This document shows, piece by piece, positions 8,731-16,200 of a DNA stretch of 64,000 nt (position 1 is its first letter; each line of letters begins with the position of its first letter). The notes under the pieces were generated by a model. It was not told the DNA's origin. It did not search any database and saw only the letters and a list, made by a program, of their open reading frames with translations. Both the position numbers and the translations under genes were made by a program. The stretch spans positions 3,148 through 67,147 of the forward strand of contig JBFMAW010000032.1 of the NCBI GenBank assembly GCA_040755515.1. The letters are read 5' to 3'. This DNA is from Thermodesulfobacteriota bacterium (lineage in GTDB: Bacteria > Desulfobacterota > Desulfarculia > Adiutricales > JAGVGV01).

Positions 8731-10122
8731 ATGGACAGCGACCAATACTTCTGGGACGACCTGATCCAGTTCATCGAGGAAAAGTCGGTCATCCCCATCA
8801 TCGGACCGGAACTCCTAACCCTGGAGATTGACGGCCGGACGACCACGGTCTATCAACACCTGGGCGGGCTGCTGGCCGACAGCCTGCGCGTGCCCCGGGA
8901 CGGTCTGCCGGCCGAGTTCACCCTGTCCGACGTGATCCTGGCCTACCTGGGGACGCCCGGCAGCCGGCGCGAGTTCATGTACCGCCGCATGAGGAGCATC
9001 CTCACCGATACCCCTCTGCCGACGCCCGAACCCCTGCGCCGACTGGCCGGCATCGGCGCCTTCAATCTGTTCGTGACCACGACCATAGATTCCCTGCTCG
9101 AAAACGCCGTGGACGAGGTCAGGTTCCAGGGCCGGAAAATGACCCAGAGCCTGGCTTACACCATCAACGAAATCCGCGATCTGCCGGGCGAGGTCAAAGG
9201 CCTGGCCCAGCCCGTGGTCTTCCACCTGTTCGGACGCATCTCCTCCCAACCCGACTACGTCCTGACCGATGAAGACACCCTCGAGTTCATCCATTCCCTC
9301 CAGTCCGAGACCAGGCGGCCGAGCCTGCTCTTCGACGAATTGAAAAACCACCACCTGCTCCTCCTGGGCAATAACTATTCCGACTGGCTGACCAGGTTCT
9401 TCATCCGGACGGTGCGCAACGAACGCCTGGCCGTGCCCCTGGACCGGGAAGCCATCGTGGTCGGAGACATGGTCTATCGGGAGCAAGGCCTGGTCACCTT
9501 CCTGAGTTCGCCCCTGAGTTACGGGACCAAGGTGCTCGAGGGCGGGGCCGCGGCCTTTGTCCAGGAACTGAGCGACCGCTGGAGAAGTCTGCATCCGGAA
9601 GAAGCGTCGCCGACGGCCGAAGAACCGTCGGCGGCCGAGGAACCGCCGGCCGACCTCGAGGCCCTGCCGGAACTGGTTCAGGGCGGCGTGTTCATCAGTT
9701 ACGCCAGCCAGGACGTGGATATAGTGGAAAAGTCCAAACTCGATCTCGAGGACGCGGGTCTGGACGTCTGGTTCGACAAGCGGCGGCTCGAAGCCGGCGA
9801 CGATTACGACCAGAAGATTCAGCGCAGCATCCGCAAGTGCGCCCTGTTCTGCCCCTTCGTGTCCCGGGCCACGGAAGAGCGCCTCGAGGGCTATTTCCGC
9901 CGCGAATGGCGCTACGCCCTGGACCGGAGCCTGAACCTGGATCAGTCCGTGCCCTTCATCCTGCCCGTGGTGGTTGACGATACCGACCCCTATGCCAGCC
10001 GGACGCCCCTCGAGTTCCAGAAGCTGCAATGGACCCGCTTGAAAAGCGGCCGGCTGCCGGAAGACTTTGTCCGCAAGGTGGTCCAACTCGTTCGGGACTA
10101 CCGCAAGCGGGCCCGAGGCTGA
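8731..10122 (+). CDS. SIR2-like (SIR2_2-type) domain fused to a C-terminal TIR domain; putative NAD-consuming effector
   Basis: 463 aa. The N-terminal blocks IIGPELL, LFVTTTIDSLLENA, VVFHLFG..DYVLTDEDTLEF and LLLLGNNYSDW align by eye with ThsA-type SIR2 blocks (GAG, TTNYD, KMHG, FVGFSFTD). A Pro/Glu-rich linker spans aa 288-316. The TIR domain (aa ~318-445) reads VFISYASQDVD...GLDVWFDKRRLEAGDDY...GYFRREW. Confidence 0.8.
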   Translation: MDSDQYFWDDLIQFIEEKSVIPIIGPELLTLEIDGRTTTVYQHLGGLLADSLRVPRDGLPAEFTLSDVILAYLGTPGSRREFMYRRMRSILTDTPLPTPEPLRRLAGIGAFNLFVTTTIDSLLENAVDEVRFQGRKMTQSLAYTINEIRDLPGEVKGLAQPVVFHLFGRISSQPDYVLTDEDTLEFIHSLQSETRRPSLLFDELKNHHLLLLGNNYSDWLTRFFIRTVRNERLAVPLDREAIVVGDMVYREQGLVTFLSSPLSYGTKVLEGGAAAFVQELSDRWRSLHPEEASPTAEEPSAAEEPPADLEALPELVQGGVFISYASQDVDIVEKSKLDLEDAGLDVWFDKRRLEAGDDYDQKIQRSIRKCALFCPFVSRATEERLEGYFRREWRYALDRSLNLDQSVPFILPVVVDDTDPYASRTPLEFQKLQWTRLKSGRLPEDFVRKVVQLVRDYRKRARG

Positions 10123-10124
10123 CC

Positions 10125-13100
10125 ATGCCCGAGGCCAGGAAGGCCGGACCGGCCGGCATTGACCTGAACCAGGAAAACCCGTGGCTGGGACTGGCCTCGT
10201 ACACCGAGGACGTCCGCGACTATTTCTTCGGCCGGGACAACGAAACCATTGAACTGTTCCGCCTGGTCAAGCGGGAACCGCTGACGGTCCTGTTCGGCCA
10301 GTCCGGACTGGGCAAGACCTCCCTGCTCCAGGCCGGCCTATTTCCCCGGCTGCGGGAAAACAACTTCCTGCCGGTCTATATCCGCCTGGATCATTCGGCC
10401 GAGGCCCCGGACCTGATCGCTCAAATCAAGACGGCCCTGGCCAGGGAAATGGCGGCCCGGGGGGTGGACGCGCCGGCGCCCGGTCCGGACGAGACGCTCT
10501 GGGCTTATTTCCACCACGAAGAAACCGACTTCTGGAGCCCCAAGAATCAACTCCTGACCGTGGTCCTGGTCTTGGACCAGTTCGAGGAATTGTTCACCCT
10601 GGGCCGGACCACGGCAGAGAACGTCGGCCGCGGCCAGGCCTTGGTCGCCGAACTGGCCGACCTGATCGAAAACCGGCCGTCGGCGGCCCTGAAGGCCAGG
10701 CTGGAAAAGGACGCCGACCTGGCCCGGACCGTCAGTTTTCACAAACAGAACTACAAGATCGTCTTCAGCCTCCGGGAAGACTATCTGCCCCACCTGGAGA
10801 GCTTGAGGCGCCAGATCAGGCCCATCATGTCCGGCCGGCTGCGGCTGACCCGCATGAACGGCCGGCAGGCCCTGGCCGCGGTGATCGAGCCGGGCCGGAA
10901 GCTCCTGGACGAGGACCTGGCCGTTCGTCTGGTCGAGTTCGTGGCCGGCTCGAGCCGGGAGGGCCTGGACCTCGAGGCGGCTTCGGCCCGTCTCGAGGAA
11001 ATCGAGGTCGAGCCGGCCCTTTTGAGCGTGGTCTGCCGGGAACTGAACCACAAAAGATTGCAGTCAGGCCAGGATCGGATCACGGCGGGCCTTCTGGCCG
11101 GCTCGAAGTCGGAAATCATCAACGACTTTTACGAGACTTCGCTGCGGGACTTCTCGACCGAGGTCCGGGTCTTCATCGAGGAGCGCCTGCTGACCCGGTC
11201 CGGGTATCGGGACAGCGTGGCCCTGGAAGACTTCCTGGCCGTGCCCGGCGTGGTTAAAGCGGCCGTCGAGGCCCTGGTCAACCGCCGCCTGTTGCGCCTC
11301 GAGGAGCGTTTCGGCGTAACCCGGGTCGAGTTGACCCACGACCTCTTGACCGAGGTCATCCAGGCCAGCCGGGACCGGCGGCGCGAAGAAGAGCGGCTGG
11401 CCCGGGAAAAGCTCCAGACCCGGGAACTGCGGCGCAAGTTGTGGCGGGCCCGCCTGGCCATGGGCTTCTTCGCCGTCCTTTTGGTCCTGATGGTGATTGC
11501 CTCCCTGGTGGCCTACCAGGCCCGGAACCAGGCCACGGCGGCCCTGGAGAAGGTGGAGGACACCAAGGCCGAAGCCAATATCCGGCGGGGGGATCAGGCC
11601 CGCCAGGACAAGGATTACGGTCTGGCCTTGCTCTATTACTGTCGGGCGCTCAGGCAGAAGGATTCCCTGGCCGCCCGGATCGGCTTGACCGAGGCCCTGG
11701 TTCGTTTTGTCCCGGAATCCGCCTGTGGGGCAGGTCAAGACAAAGGCCTTCCGGCGGTCCTTGGCCCCGGCGTCAAGGGACTGTCCGCCGGCCAGGGCGT
11801 CGAGCGGATCAGCTTGAGTCCGGACGGGCGCCAGGCGGCCATCGTGGCCTCGAAGGGGCGGGTGGAACTGCTCGATCTCGAAACCGGCCAACGCCGGCCG
11901 GGCCCGGCCTGGTCGGGTCCAGGCGAGGTCACCGCCCTCGAGTGGGACCGGACCGGCCGGGTCCTGGCGGTGGCATTTTTCCCTCAGGCTCCGGAAGGGA
12001 AAGCCGCGGCGTCCAGGAAATCAGAGGAAAAAGCCCCGAGTGTGACTATATACAACGCCAACGAACAGAAATGGATGATGGAATGGCAAGCCAGGACCAG
12101 ACCCAAGGGGCGACGACCGCCGGCCGGCCTCGATCCGCTGGCCGACGAAATGGAGCGAAAAAGCCGCCGGGACAACGAACGCGTGACGGCCCTGGGTTTT
12201 GACCCGACCGGAAATTCAGTGGCCTGGATCAATGCCGGCGGCGTCCTTTTCGTCTGGAACATCTCGGCGCCCGAAACCGGACCACGGAGTTACCGGACCG
12301 AATTAACCGAGACTTCCCACCGGGACTTCTCCACTCAGGTCCAGATCTTCATCACCAAGAACGTCCGCTGTCTGGCCTGGGGTCCCGGTCATAAGCTGGC
12401 CTTGGGGACCGACAATCGTTTGATTAAAGTAATGGACTTGGCCCGGGGCGTGGCCACGGCCGTATTGCGAGGACACCGTGGCCCGGTCATGAGTCTGGCC
12501 TTCAGCCCCGATGGCCGGATGCTCGCCTCGGCTTCCACGGACGGCACTATCAGGACATGGCGGGTGGAAACCTGGAGCGAGGCCGGACTGGTCCGGAATT
12601 CCACCGGGCCGGTCAACGGCCTGGCCTTCACTCTGGACGGCCGGCGCCTTTTTGCCGCCGACCAGGGCGGATTCATCAGCTTGCGGGACGCGGCGACTTT
12701 GCGGGAAGAGACCTACCTGGCCCTGCCCAGGGGATTGCAATCCGTGGTATTGGCGGCCGCCGGGCCCGGCGTCATGCGCCTGGTTTCGGCCGCCGAGGAT
12801 AACACCATATTCTGGCGGGACATCAGCCTTGATTCCGCGGCCGATCTGTTGGCCAGACTTAAGCCGTACCTCGAGTTCGGCCTGGCCTGGGATCTGGACG
12901 CCAACGACCAGCCCAGGGACGTGCCGCCGGCCACCCTGGCCTCGAAGCGTCTGGAGGCGGCCCGGGCCGGACATATTCCTTGGCTGGCGGAGGGCGGACG
13001 ACGGGAAGTAGAATGCTTTCAGGCCGCCGCGACCCGGGCGCAAAAGGAGGCCGCGCTTCAAACCCTGGCCGAGGCCGTGACCAATCGCAACGCCGAGGAT

Positions 13101-14696
13101 ATTCAACAACTTGTTCGTGCGGGCCTGGACTTGAATGCTCCTCTGGCTTCCAAGAAGACGGCTTTGGGGCTGGCCGCCGAACTGGGGCATCCGGACATAG
13201 TGCGCCTCCTGCTGGACAAGGGAGCGGACATCAACGAGACCGACGGTCAAGGCCGGACCGCCCTGGATCGGGCCGTGGTAAAGAACCGCGGGGAAGTCAT
13301 AGGACTGTTGGCCAGGCGCGGCGCCGATCTGGATCAGGCCATCGGCCGGGCCGCAGCCAGGAAAGACCAGGCCGGACTCGAGGCCCTGTTGAAAAGTCTT
13401 CCGACTGTTGACGGGCTCGATTCCGGGGGAGACACGCGGCTGATCAAGGCGGCGGAAAGCGGAGACGTGGACCTGTCGCGGGCCCTGATCGAGGCCGGCG
13501 CCGGCCTCGAAGTCCGTGACCGGGAAGGCAGGACGGCCTTTTTCAGGGCCGCGCTCGGCGGCCGGATTCAAACCTTGTCCTTGCTGTTACAAACCGGCGC
13601 CGACGTGGAAACTCGGGACCTGAACGGCTGGACCGCCCTCCACCAGGCCGCCGCCGACGGACGCCTCGAGGTCTTGAACTTCCTGGTGGAAAACCGGGCC
13701 AACCTTGGATCATCGAGTCGGGACGGGTCCACGCCCCTGGCGGTCGCGGCCCGCAACGGACGCCAGGCCGTGGTCCGGCGCCTGCTGGAATTGGGCCTCG
13801 AGGTCAATACGCGCGACCCGGACGGTTGGACGGTTCTGATGACCGCCGCCGCGGCCGGTCAGACAACGATGGTTGACCTGTTAATGTCCCAAGGGGCTGA
13901 AGTAAGCGCGGCGGACCATAGCGGCCGCACGGCCCTGCACCAGGCCGCGGCCGAGGGACATGACCGGATAGTGGACCGGTTGCTGCAAGCCGGAGCGGAT
14001 ATCAACCGGGCCGACGCCCTGGGCTGGACGGCCGTTCATTACGCCGCCGCCGCGGGCCGGCCTCAAACCCTGGACCGGCTGATCGGGCGGGGCGCCGACG
14101 CGACGGTCCGGACCCGGGACGATCTGACCGCCTTGGACCTGGCGGCGAAAGGCGGACGGACCCAGGCCGCGGAGATGCTCCTGAAGCACGGAGCCAAAGT
14201 TCAGGCTTCGTCCCGAGGCGGCTGGACGGCCCTGCATCACGCCGCCGCGGCCGGACGGACGGAAGTCCTGGTCCCGCTGCTCGAAGCCGGCGGCGACGTC
14301 AAGGCCCGGACCCTGTCCGGCCAGACCGCCTTGCACCTGGCCGCCCTGGGCGGTCACGGCCGGATGGCCCTCTTCCTGCTCGAACGGGGCGTGGACAAGG
14401 ACGCGGCCGACCACCTGGGCCTCACCCCCCTGGCCCTGGCCGCCGGGCAGGGCCATTATGACCTGGCCGGACTGCTGATCGCCCGGGGGGCCGAGGTAGG
14501 TAAGAGAGACCGCCTGGGCTGGACTCCGCTGTTCCAGGCCGCGGCTTCGGGTCGTCCCAATCTGGTCAGGCTGCTGTTGGAACAGGGCGCCGACGTCCTG
14601 GCCGCGGACTCGAACGGCCGAACCGCCCTGGCCCTGGCCCAGGCCAATGGCCATAGGGAAGTGGTCGCTCTCCTGGCGGCCCGCCGGCCGAAATAA
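10125..14696 (+). CDS. STAND-type P-loop NTPase (nSTAND-like), single TM helix, WD40 beta-propeller, ~16 ankyrin repeats
   Basis: I prefer the start at ATG 10125, 2 nt after the upstream stop; the track ORF from 10029 overlaps gene 1. The NTPase has YFFGRDNE...LTVLFGQSGLGKTSLLQAGL (Walker A, nt 10296-10322) and VVLVLDQFEELF (Walker B). A hydrophobic helix AMGFFAVLLVLMVIASLVAY (nt ~11454-11516) is preceded by RRKLWRAR. WD40 blades (LRGHRGPVMSLAFSPDGRMLASASTDGTIRTWRV) cover nt ~11796-12824. Ankyrin repeats (GWTALHQAAADGRLEVLNFLVENRANL and similar) run from nt ~13071 to the end. Confidence 0.85.
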   Translation: MPEARKAGPAGIDLNQENPWLGLASYTEDVRDYFFGRDNETIELFRLVKREPLTVLFGQSGLGKTSLLQAGLFPRLRENNFLPVYIRLDHSAEAPDLIAQIKTALAREMAARGVDAPAPGPDETLWAYFHHEETDFWSPKNQLLTVVLVLDQFEELFTLGRTTAENVGRGQALVAELADLIENRPSAALKARLEKDADLARTVSFHKQNYKIVFSLREDYLPHLESLRRQIRPIMSGRLRLTRMNGRQALAAVIEPGRKLLDEDLAVRLVEFVAGSSREGLDLEAASARLEEIEVEPALLSVVCRELNHKRLQSGQDRITAGLLAGSKSEIINDFYETSLRDFSTEVRVFIEERLLTRSGYRDSVALEDFLAVPGVVKAAVEALVNRRLLRLEERFGVTRVELTHDLLTEVIQASRDRRREEERLAREKLQTRELRRKLWRARLAMGFFAVLLVLMVIASLVAYQARNQATAALEKVEDTKAEANIRRGDQARQDKDYGLALLYYCRALRQKDSLAARIGLTEALVRFVPESACGAGQDKGLPAVLGPGVKGLSAGQGVERISLSPDGRQAAIVASKGRVELLDLETGQRRPGPAWSGPGEVTALEWDRTGRVLAVAFFPQAPEGKAAASRKSEEKAPSVTIYNANEQKWMMEWQARTRPKGRRPPAGLDPLADEMERKSRRDNERVTALGFDPTGNSVAWINAGGVLFVWNISAPETGPRSYRTELTETSHRDFSTQVQIFITKNVRCLAWGPGHKLALGTDNRLIKVMDLARGVATAVLRGHRGPVMSLAFSPDGRMLASASTDGTIRTWRVETWSEAGLVRNSTGPVNGLAFTLDGRRLFAADQGGFISLRDAATLREETYLALPRGLQSVVLAAAGPGVMRLVSAAEDNTIFWRDISLDSAADLLARLKPYLEFGLAWDLDANDQPRDVPPATLASKRLEAARAGHIPWLAEGGRREVECFQAAATRAQKEAALQTLAEAVTNRNAEDIQQLVRAGLDLNAPLASKKTALGLAAELGHPDIVRLLLDKGADINETDGQGRTALDRAVVKNRGEVIGLLARRGADLDQAIGRAAARKDQAGLEALLKSLPTVDGLDSGGDTRLIKAAESGDVDLSRALIEAGAGLEVRDREGRTAFFRAALGGRIQTLSLLLQTGADVETRDLNGWTALHQAAADGRLEVLNFLVENRANLGSSSRDGSTPLAVAARNGRQAVVRRLLELGLEVNTRDPDGWTVLMTAAAAGQTTMVDLLMSQGAEVSAADHSGRTALHQAAAEGHDRIVDRLLQAGADINRADALGWTAVHYAAAAGRPQTLDRLIGRGADATVRTRDDLTALDLAAKGGRTQAAEMLLKHGAKVQASSRGGWTALHHAAAAGRTEVLVPLLEAGGDVKARTLSGQTALHLAALGGHGRMALFLLERGVDKDAADHLGLTPLALAAGQGHYDLAGLLIARGAEVGKRDRLGWTPLFQAAASGRPNLVRLLLEQGADVLAADSNGRTALALAQANGHREVVALLAARRPK

Positions 14697-14703
14697 ATCC
14701 GGG

Positions 14704-15234
14704 TTAGTCACCTACCTGCCATTCGATCCTGGGCCCGGGCGGCACGCCCTCGAGGGCGACCAGCCTTTTCAGCTTTCTTTCGGCCAGAACGGCCGAGCCC
14801 GCCTTGTCGCCCATTCGTTTGACTATCTGACCCGTGGCTTCGAGGAATATCCGATCGTCGTGGAGCCAGACCAGAACCCGGCAGTAGGACGACCGGCCGT
14901 CAATCTCGGGGAAATACTGGGCGCCGTATTCAAAGACCAGTTTCTCGCCGGGGCGGCCGGCGACCGGTTTGGATTCAGACCGGTTCAGCATCTCCCACAG
15001 GGCCAGTTCGATTCCCGATTCGGCCGCGGCTCGAGCCTCCAGGTGGTGGTAATCCTGGCCCACGCGCCGGATCTCCTGGCGCAACGGTTCGAGAGCGGCC
15101 ATCCACGTGGCCGAGATAACGGCCATAATGGCCAGGAGCAGGGCCAGGACATTACCCGGCCGGCCGGCCAGGCGCCTTGATCCCTGGTCAGGGCCGCCGC
15201 CGCGGCGTTTAGGGAATAAGCGAAGAACCATCAT
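14704..15234 (-). CDS. GspK-like minor pseudopilin (lacks Glu5)
   Basis: 176 aa. A basic N-terminus is followed by the hydrophobic segment GNVLALLLAIMAVISATWMAAL. It is the last gene of the pilus-like operon and overlaps the upstream gene by 4 nt. Confidence 0.5.
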   Translation of the reverse strand: MMVLRLFPKRRGGGPDQGSRRLAGRPGNVLALLLAIMAVISATWMAALEPLRQEIRRVGQDYHHLEARAAAESGIELALWEMLNRSESKPVAGRPGEKLVFEYGAQYFPEIDGRSSYCRVLVWLHDDRIFLEATGQIVKRMGDKAGSAVLAERKLKRLVALEGVPPGPRIEWQVGD

Positions 15235-15800
15235 CTGCCCACGCTGAAAACCCGGGTCAAGATCGCTTCCGGTCCGACCTTGGGCCGGCGAATAACGGTG
15301 GCCGTGACTCCGCCCGGCCGGTCGGCCGAACCTTCGAGCCCGAATTCGAGGGACTTGACGTCGCCTAGCAAGGCCAAAGTCGTCTTCGCGCCTTCCGGAG
15401 CGTATTCGTCCCGAAATACCTGTCCGTCCCGGCCCAGCCGATAGACTATCGTGACGTCCCGCGAGGGCGGCGGGCCGTCGTCGGACAGGTCGCCGGCGGC
15501 CGCCAGCAGGCGGTTTCGCTCGGACAGAGGCCGGACTTGAACGATCAAAGTCCGGGCGTCGGCCTTAACCTGGCCGAAGGAAGGGAGCAAAGTCCGGGCC
15601 TGGCCCAGGTCCAGGGCCAGGTATTTGAACAAGACCCTGGCGTCCCGCCTGGTTTCCCGGACGGATTGCAGGCGGTCAAAGCCTCTTTTCACGCCTTCAT
15701 GATAAAGACGATAGGCCACCGGCGTCAGCATGGCCGCCAAGGCCGCGACCAGCATCACTTCCAGGAGCAGGTAGCCTTTTCGTCGCCGGAGCGTTTTCAT
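15231..15800 (-). CDS. GspJ-like minor pseudopilin
   Basis: 189 aa. MKTLRRRKG/YLLLEVMLVAALAAML is a prepilin-like N-terminus with Glu at +5. Confidence 0.6.
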   Translation of the reverse strand: MKTLRRRKGYLLLEVMLVAALAAMLTPVAYRLYHEGVKRGFDRLQSVRETRRDARVLFKYLALDLGQARTLLPSFGQVKADARTLIVQVRPLSERNRLLAAAGDLSDDGPPPSRDVTIVYRLGRDGQVFRDEYAPEGAKTTLALLGDVKSLEFGLEGSADRPGGVTATVIRRPKVGPEAILTRVFSVGR

Positions 15801-15816
15801 AAGCCAAATTACCGGT

Positions 15817-16200
15817 TCAGGGCCGGGTGCGATACAGGGTCAAGCCCAGGGCCTGGGACCTGCGATGGCGGTCCGGCCAGGTTACTTCCAACCTTATCCG
15901 CTTCAAGCCCGGGGATATTTCCTCGATGGTCACGGCTCCCCTGGCGCCGGGCCAATCCAGGGGTCCGGCTTTTTCGGCCAGGGGGCCGAGCCTGGTTTCG
16001 GCCATCTGGTCATAGGGTTTCGACCGGAGCAGGGCCGCCTGGCTTTCCAGGACCCAGGCCGCCTTTTGTCTGTATTTCAAATCCAAGTTGACCTGGGTGG
16101 CCTGGTCCCGCAGTTGATACAGGTTGAGACCGATAATCAGGAGAATGGAAACAGCCACCAGGAGTTCGACTAAGGTGAAACCAGGCCGGCGACCTTTCAT
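15817..16200 (-). CDS. Minor pseudopilin (GspH/I-like), prepilin-type N-terminal methylation motif
   Basis: 127 aa. MKGRRPG/FTLVELLVAVSILLIIG is the canonical G/FTLxE cleavage-methylation site. Confidence 0.75.
   Translation of the reverse strand: MKGRRPGFTLVELLVAVSILLIIGLNLYQLRDQATQVNLDLKYRQKAAWVLESQAALLRSKPYDQMAETRLGPLAEKAGPLDWPGARGAVTIEEISPGLKRIRLEVTWPDRHRRSQALGLTLYRTRP

Noticed and set aside
8815-10086. A 423-aa minus-strand ORF antisense to the SIR2-TIR gene. Similar long antisense or alternative-frame ORFs occur elsewhere, e.g. 955-2073, 2319-3545, 5441-6730, 12303-13571, 22086-23222, 23619-25226, 25369-27630, 36588-37829, 37839-39119, 39132-40787 and 62419-63465.
   Set aside because: Their translations are low-complexity and rich in Arg/Gly/Pro/Ala, with no recognisable motifs. 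Each one overlaps a strand or frame that encodes a clearly recognisable protein. This is the expected artefact of stop-codon depletion in high-GC DNA.
10029-10124. The upstream ATG at 10029 as the start of the STAND gene (1555-aa version).
   Set aside because: It would overlap the TIR gene by 94 nt, and the extra 32 residues (MDPLEKRPAAGRLCPQGGPTRSGLPQAGPRLT) are low-complexity. The ATG at 10125, 2 nt after the upstream stop, gives classic translational coupling.
14697-14703. A terminator or regulatory element between the convergent STAND gene and the pilus-like operon.
   Set aside because: Only 7 nt separate the two stop codons and there is no room for a hairpin. I could see nothing to report beyond the tight convergence.
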